From assembly GCA_036405975.1 (NCBI GenBank), contig DASWWM010000013.1:40649-104648 (forward strand): a DNA stretch of 64,000 bases. Reading direction: 5' to 3'. Position numbers and translations under genes: made by a program. The notes beneath the pieces were generated by a model. The model did not search any database. It was given only the letters and a program-made list of their open reading frames with translations, and was not told the origin of the DNA. How positions within the stretch are numbered: position 1 is the first letter of the stretch; each line of letters starts with the position of its first letter. The stretch is from Minisyncoccota bacterium (GTDB lineage Bacteria; Patescibacteriota; Minisyncoccia; Phycocordibacterales; CAIZLB01). Below are positions 29,901 through 37,766 of the stretch, one piece after another.

Positions 29901-32156
29901 ATGGATGCCGGAGTCATCGGAGACATTGCCGGAAATCAGTACTCAGGACTGGCCGCCTCATCATCGTGGGCGTTTACAACATCTGCTACGCCGACGCCTG
30001 CCACTCCAGGTTTGCCTGACCTGTCTGTGTCATCGGATACGGGAACATCAAGCACTGACAATATAACTTCTGATGCCACCCCGACATTCACAGGCTCTGT
30101 CTCTGCAAATGCACTCGTATACTTCTATCACGATACGAGCGTCCTGCTTGGCACGACTACCGCAAATGGATCAGGAAGCTATGCATTCACCGCAGGAGGT
30201 CTTGCTGACGGAACCTACGGTATAACCGCAGTGCAGGAGGTGCTTGGCATGAAGTCTGCGACTTCCTCGAGCCTTTCCGTGACTATCGATACGGCGGCAC
30301 CTGTGCTCGCCTTTGCTTCTCCTGTCGACGGCTCCACTTCCAATTCATGGAATCCATCAGTGAATTGGGGAGGATCGAACTCCTGTGCGTACTCAATCGA
30401 CGGGTCTGCTTTCATGCATTCGGCATGCGGTCAAAACGGATCGGACATTCCGTCTCCTGGAATCGGAAATCACGTGCTCGTAAGCAGGGGGACGGACACT
30501 GCCGGCAACAACGGATATGCGACATCGAGCTTTGCCCTTGCCGGCACTCCTCCCGCGATCTCCCAGGTCGCATCGACGACGGCTGTCACGACTGCGACAG
30601 TTTCCTGGACAACCGACATCCCTGCGACTTCGATTGTCCAGTATGGACTGACGACTGCATACGGGTCGACGACGAGTCTCGGCATCTCTACTTCCACCTC
30701 GCATTCAGTGGGCTTATCAGGATTGAGCCCTCTGACGCTCTATCATTTCCGAGTTCTTTCGGCTGATGAGTACGGACAGACATCGACTTCCTCAGGCTTC
30801 ACGTTTAGGACGGCCTCTATCGCCGTTCCTTCAACTCCGGACAGGCCGGATCTCGATACTGCTTCTGATACGGGCGTATCGAATACCGATAATGTAACGT
30901 CCGTAGTGACTCCGACATTCAACGGAACGTCGACTCCCGGAGCCCTCATTTACTTGTACGAGGCGATCGGAGGAACTTTGCTTGGCACGACTACGTCTGA
31001 CGGATCAGGGATATATTCGATTGTGTCCGCTCCGATGTCGAATGGCGTCAAGGGGATCGCCATTGTTCAGGAGTTGCTTGGGGTAAGGTCAGCTACCTCG
31101 ACCAGGCTTTCGGTGACCATTGATGCCGATATTCCAGCGCCATCAGTGAGCTCTCCCGCTGACGGATCAACCGTCAGCGCATGGAATCCTTCAATAGATT
31201 GGGGCGATGCAACAATCTGCGAATACTCTTTCGCGAGCTCGTCTTTCATGGCCGTGGACTGTTCGCTAAACGGGGCAGATATTCCGGATCCGGGAGAAGG
31301 GAGTCATTCATTCATCGTCAAGGCGACTGATCAGGCCGGAAACGAATTTCAGATTTACTTCATAGTGACGCTTCAGTTGCCGCCGATTGCAATACATGCG
31401 ATTGCCTCAAGTACCGCGACGACGTCGGCGCTCATTACGTGGTCGACAAACAACCTCTCCACTTCGGTCGTGCATTACGGAACGTCCTCCTCGTACGGGT
31501 CAACGACAAGTCTGGGCGCTACGGCTAGGAATTCACATTCTGTCGGTATTGGAGGATTGTTGCCGTCGACGCTATATTATTTCCAAATCCAATCAACCGA
31601 TCAGCACGGTCATTCAACGAGCACTGTCGGGCTTTCATTTATTACCAAGGACATCGCTTCTTCGTCGGGTCCTGGTCCGGAACCTGACCCAGGATCAGAC
31701 TCCGGTCTTAGTTCGACAAGGCCTTCTGGCATGCAGGATGGCGTCGGATACAATTTAGGATTCAGGTCGTATCCGACGCTGACTCCGGAAGAAATTCAGC
31801 GAATATTCGGCCTATATCTCTCTGCACAGGCGACATCAGCGATACCTGTGTCTGCCGCTCCGGCTGCCGCAGGCACTTCGTCGTCTGCTCCGTTGATTTA
31901 CGAGTTTAAAAGGGATTTGCGCGTTGGCCTTACGGGCAATGATGTAAAGGCTCTTCAGGTATTCCTTAACTCAAACGGATATTCCGTGTCTGCAAGCGGA
32001 GTGGGTTCAGCCGGAAATGAGACTTCATACTTCGGCCAGGCGACAAGAGCGGCACTTGCTCGGCTGCAGTCATCAAATGGCATACGGCCTGCAGTCGGCT
32101 ACTTCGGCCAGGTTACGCGTGCATTCGTCAACGGGCTCATGGGTATCGGCCGTTAG
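26931..32156 (+). CDS. Giant secreted surface protein: delta-60-type beta-propeller repeats, Ig-like domains, FN3 domains, C-terminal peptidoglycan-binding domain
   Basis: Signal peptide; about 12 repeats of G-x-F-T-x-[FY]-N-G-x(6-8)-[IV]-x-R-L-N-x-D-G-[ST]-x-D; repeated ...SSDTG.S..DNITSD.TPTF.G... Ig-like units; FN3-like ...VSWTTD.PATS.VQYG.T..YGS...; C-terminal LRVGLTGNDVKALQVFLNSNGY...YFGQATRAALARLQ. Confidence 0.7.
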   Translation: MLFSEDEVFFMHPKKRKPNLAKRIASAVLIVALALPALFVSPQDAKAAVLEGSANAAYTLAMGRDKGFDGVVSKVISLSDGSFIAGGSFAAYNGQTARRLAKISASGTLDTDFNINLGTGLPTSNNVSDIALQPDGKLVIIGGFTTFNGVTTNRIMRLNADGTRDATFSIGTGLNEFPREVSVRSDGKIVVAGDFTSYNGTSINRIALLNADGSLDMAFRTALGTGPNALLTAAHVQPDRKIVISGNFTSVASTSVNRIARLNEDGSIDSAFVANVGAGIPSNAGAVITLSDGRILLGGSFTTFNGSSTARAVRLNSDGTINALFASGFNGSVYDFLELSNGQVMAAGVFSTYRGVTRRALVLMNEDLTADTAFSANIGSGFVGSDSVSSVIRLTDGSLVFAGGFSEVSARQMGNILKTDSAGVVDRDFDPNFGFGFNDHVRSAIQRPDGKIIYMGAFTRFSDESTRLNSAVEMLAQFDSANVLDTSFDTNIGTGFEGSSPLGGALQPDGKLVIMGGFTTFNGVTTNRIIRLNEDGTRDGSFIIGTGFNGSVSAVALQPDGKIIAGGNFTTYQGSSTARIARLNSDGSIDQTFRQNVGTGAPGTVSAIAVQSDGKIVLAGTFTTFNGVTVNRVVRLESDGTVDATFTSNAGTAFSSGGVAALALQSDGKILAVGSFTSYKGTSVGGVVRINSDGTSDADFNQNVGSGATGSGSASTVLVQRDGKVVVGGDFTVYKSVIRNRVVRLEANGTVDSTFSTNNGSGFNYAAYSLTLLNDNNILAGGNFTRSAGTYANRASLLLGPEMPPPDVPPPTDLDVSSDTGRSSVDNITSDTTPTFSGTASTSASVYLYGVATTTGLIGTATADGSGNYSVTSSPLADGTYSMVVVQELYGVRSATSSPINVTIDATAPSLFSLTPSNGATGVSVSSSLRIRLDESIATTSGTARLYRASDDFLVQSASTASSSVSIQSGHSLVFQPSQNLSYNTSYYVLMDAGVIGDIAGNQYSGLAASSSWAFTTSATPTPATPGLPDLSVSSDTGTSSTDNITSDATPTFTGSVSANALVYFYHDTSVLLGTTTANGSGSYAFTAGGLADGTYGITAVQEVLGMKSATSSSLSVTIDTAAPVLAFASPVDGSTSNSWNPSVNWGGSNSCAYSIDGSAFMHSACGQNGSDIPSPGIGNHVLVSRGTDTAGNNGYATSSFALAGTPPAISQVASTTAVTTATVSWTTDIPATSIVQYGLTTAYGSTTSLGISTSTSHSVGLSGLSPLTLYHFRVLSADEYGQTSTSSGFTFRTASIAVPSTPDRPDLDTASDTGVSNTDNVTSVVTPTFNGTSTPGALIYLYEAIGGTLLGTTTSDGSGIYSIVSAPMSNGVKGIAIVQELLGVRSATSTRLSVTIDADIPAPSVSSPADGSTVSAWNPSIDWGDATICEYSFASSSFMAVDCSLNGADIPDPGEGSHSFIVKATDQAGNEFQIYFIVTLQLPPIAIHAIASSTATTSALITWSTNNLSTSVVHYGTSSSYGSTTSLGATARNSHSVGIGGLLPSTLYYFQIQSTDQHGHSTSTVGLSFITKDIASSSGPGPEPDPGSDSGLSSTRPSGMQDGVGYNLGFRSYPTLTPEEIQRIFGLYLSAQATSAIPVSAAPAAAGTSSSAPLIYEFKRDLRVGLTGNDVKALQVFLNSNGYSVSASGVGSAGNETSYFGQATRAALARLQSSNGIRPAVGYFGQVTRAFVNGLMGIGR

Positions 32157-32159
32157 CTA

Positions 32160-33356
32160 TTATCTGAACTCAAGCCAGCTTCTTGTTCCTGAAGCTGATA
32201 TGTTCTCGATATTTTTCAATAGCCGAGCCCTGTTCGCTTCGGTTGGAATGCTCACTCTTGAGCCGATGCTTGAGAAGGGAATGACGGAATATCTGGGTGC
32301 AGCATAGGCACCTTTTTCCTTTTTGAACTCAATCGAGAGGGCGATGCCATGCGTAGTATCGAATGAGAAATACTGATCGAATATGAAATTTCCAAGAGAA
32401 TAGAATATTGGAACGGCCCGGCCATTCGTTGTTTGCTCTTCTGCCATCTGTCCGTTGGCGTCGGCGTTCATCGCTGCGTATTGTTCAATCCGCTGCACTG
32501 TATGTGCATGTCCGCCGATGACTGCATCTGCGCCTGCATCGGCCCATGCCTGTGCGAGGGATCGCTGCTTAGCTGTCGGTTGCGCTTTGTATTCGAGACC
32601 CCAGTGAGGATAGACCACGAGGTACTGGACGCTTGGGCGAAGCGCGCGGATTTCTTCGATAATTCTCTGATCGTTTGCAAAGCCGAACTCATTCCATCCT
32701 ACCAGTCCGATGCAGAAATCCGCGCGCGGACATGTAGTGGTCGAGACCATGACGCTGTTCATGTAGCTGCCGAAGAACTGAACGCCTGCCGCTGATAGAT
32801 TTGCCCGTGTCTGATTGAGCCCGTCCTGTCCGAAGTCGAGAGCGTGATTGTTTGCAAGGCTTACGACATCGATGCCGGCGTCTTTGAGCGCGGGACCCGT
32901 CTTGTCGCTGAATGTGAACTGAAAGCCCGGAATCGCCTTATTGTTCGGAAGGACAAGCTTGGAAGGGTATCGAGTGATTGACCCCTCAAGGTTTCCGATG
33001 ACAGTGTCGTGCTGGCTGAATGTGGTGGTCGCTGGCCCGAACACATAGTCGAAGCCTCTGGTATTAATGACAGACCGGACTCCTCGGTCAAGCATGATAT
33101 CTCCGACAAATAAGACCTTCACCGTATTTTCATCTGTGCCGGTGTATCCTGAGGGCGCAGTTGATGAGCCGGTAGCATTTCCGGCCGGCTTATTCGCAAC
33201 GGCCGACCGGGCGCTAGCAGCCTGTTCAGCGGGCATAAGCAGGGAGGGAAGATGGCTGTGCAGGCCATAGGACAAAAGGCCGGCAAGGGCCAGCAGGCCT
33301 AGAGCTTGCGCGGTATGGTATAATGCACGGGTATTAGCAGGATTGTTTAACTTCAT
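32160..33356 (-). CDS. CapA/PGA_cap-family metallophosphoesterase, membrane-anchored
   Basis: SLANNHALDFG and GDIMLDRG blocks typical of CapA (YwtB-like). N-terminal TM segment. Confidence 0.7.
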   Translation of the reverse strand: MKLNNPANTRALYHTAQALGLLALAGLLSYGLHSHLPSLLMPAEQAASARSAVANKPAGNATGSSTAPSGYTGTDENTVKVLFVGDIMLDRGVRSVINTRGFDYVFGPATTTFSQHDTVIGNLEGSITRYPSKLVLPNNKAIPGFQFTFSDKTGPALKDAGIDVVSLANNHALDFGQDGLNQTRANLSAAGVQFFGSYMNSVMVSTTTCPRADFCIGLVGWNEFGFANDQRIIEEIRALRPSVQYLVVYPHWGLEYKAQPTAKQRSLAQAWADAGADAVIGGHAHTVQRIEQYAAMNADANGQMAEEQTTNGRAVPIFYSLGNFIFDQYFSFDTTHGIALSIEFKKEKGAYAAPRYSVIPFSSIGSRVSIPTEANRARLLKNIENISASGTRSWLEFR

Positions 33357-33362
33357 AAAACT

Positions 33363-33920
33363 ATGTCTCCAGTATACATTTTATTGATAATAGCGGCGGT
33401 TCTCGTCCTCTGGGTTGTATTCAGTTATAACTCTTTCGTCCGATTAGTAAATAGGACGAAAGAGGCATGGGCGGACATCGAGGTCCAGCTCAAGAGGCGA
33501 TACGATCTCATTCCGAACCTCGTGAATACGGTAAAGGGGTATGCGTCTCATGAAAGCGGCACCTTCGAGAAGGTTACTGCAGCCCGAGTCTCTGCCATGT
33601 CCGCAAACACTCCTGCGGAACACTCTAAGGCTGAAGGGGAGCTTACCGGAGCCCTTAAGTCGCTTTTTGCGGTATCCGAGGCATATCCTGACCTCAAGGC
33701 CAATGTGAACTTCCTCGAACTCCAGCGAGAGCTATCTGACACTGAGAATAAGATTCAGGCCGCTCGACGATTCTACAATGCGAATGTGCGAGACCTTGCG
33801 ATCGCAATCGAGTCATTCCCTGGAAATGTCATCGCCTCAATCTTCAAATTCAAGAAGATGGATCTCTTTGACCTTGCCGACAATGATGTCGCGCAGCAGA
33901 ACGTGGAAGTTAAGTTCTAG
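33363..33920 (+). CDS. lemA: LemA family protein
   Basis: N-terminal TM followed by SYNSFVRLVNRTKEAWADIEVQLKRRYDLIPNLV (LemA signature). Confidence 0.8.
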   Translation: MSPVYILLIIAAVLVLWVVFSYNSFVRLVNRTKEAWADIEVQLKRRYDLIPNLVNTVKGYASHESGTFEKVTAARVSAMSANTPAEHSKAEGELTGALKSLFAVSEAYPDLKANVNFLELQRELSDTENKIQAARRFYNANVRDLAIAIESFPGNVIASIFKFKKMDLFDLADNDVAQQNVEVKF

Positions 33921-33974
33921 CGCTTGCTCAGCAAGTTGTGACATCGCTCCTGTCGGACTGCGAGCGCCGTATCT

Positions 33975-34274
33975 CTAATCTTTCGAAAAGTAAAACCTTC
34001 GGCTGTAAATGAGTGTGAGTCCGAGAGTGATGAGCGTGGAAATGACTGAAAGGCCGCCGAGCTTCTCGCTGATGATCTGCTGGTCTGCGACTCCTGTCGA
34101 GGACATGATCACGAGTCCGACTATCATCACGAGAATGCTGACGATGTTGTTGTAGAAGAAGAACAGGCCGATATTGATAGGCCAGACGCCGAATCTGCTG
34201 ACGAAATCAGGGTAATGAATTCCGTTCTTATCTGTTCCGTTTGCCTGATCATCCTGTCTGTTTTCTTGTTGCAT
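33975..34274 (-). CDS. Hypothetical small membrane protein, antisense between lemA and htpX
   Basis: 99 aa with two predicted TM helices. No family. May not be expressed. Confidence 0.25.
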   Translation of the reverse strand: MQQENRQDDQANGTDKNGIHYPDFVSRFGVWPINIGLFFFYNNIVSILVMIVGLVIMSSTGVADQQIISEKLGGLSVISTLITLGLTLIYSRRFYFSKD

Positions 34275-34304
34275 ACACGTATTATATAATCAATTCTGAA
34301 CCAT

Positions 34305-35228
34305 ATGGCAACTCTATACACCCATCAATCCAAAAATGTTACGAAGACCTGGCTTCTCATGGGAGTCTTTCTGGCTCTCATTGCAGCTGTCGGATATTTC
34401 GGAAGCTACTACTATGGCAATCCAGGAATCTTCTACATTGCAATTTTCATCAGCGTCGCGATGAATATCACGGGCTACTGGTTCTCAGACAAGATCGCCT
34501 TGAGCATGTCAGGTGCAAAGCCTGTTGATCCCGAAAAGAGTTCCGATCCTGCACGAGACAGGGAGCTTGTCCGCATGGTCGAGAATCTCTCCATTACGGC
34601 AGGGTTGCCGGTGCCGGCCATTTATATAATAGAAGACCCGGCACCGAATGCCTTTGCGACCGGCAGAAACAAGGAGCATGCGGCGGTTGCCGTGACCACC
34701 GGCCTTCTCGCACTCCTCGACAAGTCGGAGCTCGAAGGCGTCATCGCTCACGAGCTTGCCCATATCGGAAACAGGGACACTCTCATTGCCACGGTTGTTG
34801 TCATTCTCGTCGGTATCGTCAGCATCCTCTCTGACATCATGCTTCGCTCGACAATCTACGGCAATAGGAGCGATGACAATAAGGCAGGGGGCGTCCTTGC
34901 GATCATCGGCATCGTCCTGCTCATCCTTTCTCCGCTCTTTGCTACCATGCTTCAGCTTGCCATCTCGCGAAGAAGGGAATATGTGGCTGATGCCACCGGG
35001 GCGCTCCTTACGAGGTATCCGGAAGGGCTTGCGTCCGCACTTCAGAAGATCACTGGCTATGCAGAGCGCGGAGGACAACCGCTTGCCCGGGCATCAGACG
35101 CGACGGCTCATCTTTTCATCTCAAACCCGTTCGGAGCCAAAGCGTTAAACGGTCTGCATAAGCTTTTCATGACGCATCCGCCTGCTGAAAAGAGGATAGC
35201 TGCTCTTCGGGGGATGGACATCAAGTAG
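34305..35228 (+). CDS. htpX: Zn-dependent protease HtpX (peptidase M48)
   Basis: HELAHIGNRD (HExxH), 4 TM segments, and a C-terminal FMTHPPAEKRI motif. Confidence 0.85.
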   Translation: MATLYTHQSKNVTKTWLLMGVFLALIAAVGYFGSYYYGNPGIFYIAIFISVAMNITGYWFSDKIALSMSGAKPVDPEKSSDPARDRELVRMVENLSITAGLPVPAIYIIEDPAPNAFATGRNKEHAAVAVTTGLLALLDKSELEGVIAHELAHIGNRDTLIATVVVILVGIVSILSDIMLRSTIYGNRSDDNKAGGVLAIIGIVLLILSPLFATMLQLAISRRREYVADATGALLTRYPEGLASALQKITGYAERGGQPLARASDATAHLFISNPFGAKALNGLHKLFMTHPPAEKRIAALRGMDIK

Positions 35229-35303
35229 TTCGAGTCAGCAAAGGCTCGTCACTCTCGTTCATATTCTCCTTGGCAGGGCTTCATGTCGCTGTGATATAAT
35301 TTC

Positions 35304-35966
35304 ATGGTCATGAATATCAAACAACACGCAATAGAATTCTTTGCAACTTTCTTACTCACTCTGGCAATTTTCGCATCCTTGCTGGTCGCAGGAGGCATTA
35401 CCACTCCTTTGTCCGCCGGCATCATGCTGGGCCTCCTGGCATTCATGCTCGGATCCCTCACATGCCTGCATGTGAATCCTGCAGTCACCGTCGCGCTTCT
35501 GGCATTCAAGAAGATCGCACCAAAAGATGCCGCTTTCCATATCCTTGCACAGTTTGCAGGTGCCGCTTTCGCGATGCTCCTTGTCCGGACATCGGGCTCG
35601 GTCTCAGCCTTTGTGGAGCAGCCTGTATTCGACTGGCACACGGCACTTGCTGAGTTCGTCGGAACGTTCTTCTTTGCCTTCGGAATCGCATCGGTGGTAT
35701 TCAAGCCTGCACCGGCTGCTGACCAGGTTTCAGAGCCGGCAACCGACCTTACATTCCCATTCGTCATTGGCTCATCTCTTGCCATGGGCATCATGATTGC
35801 GAGCGGTCTCGGATCGACAGCGATGCTTAATCCTGCGGTGGCATTCGGTCTCGGTTCATTTACCCTTTCTTATGTACTTACGCCTATTGCAGGAGCCATC
35901 CTCGGCATGTGGCTTTACACGTATTTTGCGAAGCCTGCAAAAGCAGAAGTTCCAGTACAGAACTAG
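35304..35966 (+). CDS. Aquaporin / MIP-family channel
   Basis: Two NPA boxes (HVNPAVT and MLNPAVAF) in a 6-TM protein of 220 aa. Confidence 0.75.
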   Translation: MVMNIKQHAIEFFATFLLTLAIFASLLVAGGITTPLSAGIMLGLLAFMLGSLTCLHVNPAVTVALLAFKKIAPKDAAFHILAQFAGAAFAMLLVRTSGSVSAFVEQPVFDWHTALAEFVGTFFFAFGIASVVFKPAPAADQVSEPATDLTFPFVIGSSLAMGIMIASGLGSTAMLNPAVAFGLGSFTLSYVLTPIAGAILGMWLYTYFAKPAKAEVPVQN

Positions 35967-35969
35967 CCC

Positions 35970-36545
35970 ATGAAGAAAACTCTCATCGTCACTGCCCATC
36001 CAAGCTCCAAAGGATTCACTCATAGGATCGCTGAGGCATACAAAAAAGGAAAGGAGTCAAAAGGCGACAGCGTCGAGATCCTGGACCTTTACAAGACCGA
36101 TCTCAAGCAAGACTTCCTTCGATACGAGGAACGAGCGGATATGGGCAATCCCGATCCGGTGCGAGATGCCATGCATGAGAAAATCACCGCAGCTGACAAC
36201 CTGGTCCTCATCCATCCTTTGTGGTGGATCGGAGCCCCGGCGATTCTCAAGAATTGGGTCGATGTAAATATCTCTGCGCGCTATGCATTTCATTATGAAA
36301 AAGGCCGGCCTGTAGGGCATATGAAGGGAAAGACAGCCAGCGTCTTTATTACATGCGATGGCGCATTCTGGCTCTACGGACTCATCGCATTCCCGTTCAT
36401 CACCATCTGGCGGTTCGGCATCCTAGGTCTTTGCGGATTCAAGGTCCAGAACATAAAAGTGCTCTTCCAGAAGTTCAAGGCGACTGAGGCTAAGCAGGAT
36501 GCATTCTTGAGAAAAGTCGAGTCGCTTGCCCGAAGAAAGTCATAG
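35970..36545 (+). CDS. Flavodoxin-like NAD(P)H-dependent oxidoreductase (quinone reductase family)
   Basis: MKKTLIVTAHPSSKGFTH...LVLIHPLWW matches the Flavodoxin_2/NQR fold. Confidence 0.65.
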   Translation: MKKTLIVTAHPSSKGFTHRIAEAYKKGKESKGDSVEILDLYKTDLKQDFLRYEERADMGNPDPVRDAMHEKITAADNLVLIHPLWWIGAPAILKNWVDVNISARYAFHYEKGRPVGHMKGKTASVFITCDGAFWLYGLIAFPFITIWRFGILGLCGFKVQNIKVLFQKFKATEAKQDAFLRKVESLARRKS

Positions 36546-36552
36546 CATCCAT

Positions 36553-37122
36553 ATGCCGAATTCTCCCAAGAAAATAATCCTGTTGTTGGCGGTCCTGGTG
36601 GCCATTGCTGCACTTGTGTATTTTGCATATGTGCAGTTTGTATCGAATCAGTCTGGCCAGATTGATCAGCGTGGTACAACGGGACAAGTTCTGGACCGGG
36701 AAAGGGACGCGAATGGCGAGCTTTCTTTGGCAACGCTCCTGCCTGCTGCCGATCGAAGCGCTGCAAGTCTCAGCATTCGGTCTGGGCAAGGAGTGACTGC
36801 ATTGGAAGTCGATGTCGTCAACACTGAGCAGTCACAGGCGCAAGGTCTCTCTGGAAAGGAAACCCTGGGCGGCAAAGGGATGCTCTTCGCATTCAGGCAG
36901 CCTGGCTCGTACTCTCTCTGGATGAAGGACATGCTTTTTCCGCTCGATATGATCTGGATCGACCGGTCAGGATACATCGTGCATATCGAGAAAGACGTTT
37001 CCCCTGAAAGCTATCCTAAGCCATTCTCACCCCCGGTTGAGTCACAGTTCATCATAGAGGTATCGGCGGGCTTCGCTCAGTTTTTCAACATATCAGTGGG
37101 CGACAAGGTCACCGTGAAATAA
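36553..37122 (+). CDS. DUF192 domain protein, secreted or membrane-anchored
   Basis: GMLFAF...LWMKDMLFPLDMIWID...G.IV matches the DUF192 (COG1430) core. Start at the internal Met of ORF 36526..37122. Confidence 0.55.
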   Translation: MPNSPKKIILLLAVLVAIAALVYFAYVQFVSNQSGQIDQRGTTGQVLDRERDANGELSLATLLPAADRSAASLSIRSGQGVTALEVDVVNTEQSQAQGLSGKETLGGKGMLFAFRQPGSYSLWMKDMLFPLDMIWIDRSGYIVHIEKDVSPESYPKPFSPPVESQFIIEVSAGFAQFFNISVGDKVTVK

Positions 37123-37173
37123 TGACAGCCCTCGAGCATTCTGTGCCGTGCCTTTCTCGGATAGCTTAAAAGA

Positions 37174-37206
37174 GAACGGGCCGCTCCGGTTAGGAGCGGC
37201 CCGTTC
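37174..37206 (-). terminator. Rho-independent terminator of rnpB (minus strand)
   Basis: Perfect hairpin gaacgggccgctcc-ggtt-aggagcggcccgttc. On the minus strand it is followed by TCTTTT. Confidence 0.5.
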
Positions 37207-37680
37207 ATGTTTGGTTGTGCCTATAAGCCGAATTCTGTGCCCGCGTCGCGTGCCGGCCGAAACCGGACCTTCGCGGGCGATAGCAATTTATCTGGGCCTC
37301 ATGTTGCCATGGGGCTCGAGCGACTCTCCATGTCTCGCATGAGCGGGACTAGGCGCGGTCTTGCACTCGGATAAGGATTTTGCCGTTTCACCACGCGCTT
37401 GCTTGTACATGTATACGCATGTTCATCTGATGTACCAGATGCGCATGCCCTTGCGGGGATGCGCGTCACTGCTCGCACCTCTTGGCTTGCGCCAGACGGG
37501 AATTACCCGCTACCTGCTTCTCATGCTTTGCATTCTCGATCGGAGATGTCCCGATGCCTTGCGGCTTTGGACATGTGATCGAAAAGAGGGAATATGAGAG
37601 AGTGTTCGGACTTTCCTCCGCTTCCGTTCGTACTCCATACGGAGCCGTTTCCGGCAAGCAGTAGCTATCCGACACAACAT
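37207..37680 (-). ncRNA. rnpB: RNase P RNA, bacterial type A
   Basis: The minus strand carries GGAGGAAAGTCCGAACAC (P4 5' strand, universal GGAAAGUCCG) near 37601-37618 and ACAGAATTCGGCTTATAGGC (P4 3' strand, ACAGAAnCCGGCUUA) near 37218-37238. It also has GGGUAAUUCCCG and AGAUAAAU-like internal motifs. The 5' GUUGUGUC pairs with the 3' GGCACAAC to form P1. No long ORF spans this GC-rich segment. Confidence 0.8.
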
Positions 37681-37684
37681 ATAT

Positions 37685-37713
37685 ATTATACCATGATTTT
37701 TATTTTATAACAA
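37685..37713 (-). promoter_or_regulatory. Sigma-70-type promoter for rnpB
   Basis: On the minus strand: TTGTTA, a 17-nt spacer, then TATAAT, about 7 nt upstream of the inferred RNase P RNA 5' end. Confidence 0.45.
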
Positions 37714-37766
37714 ATTACTGTAGAATAGGCATATATTTCAAGGCAAAACGGGAATATCAACCAAAC

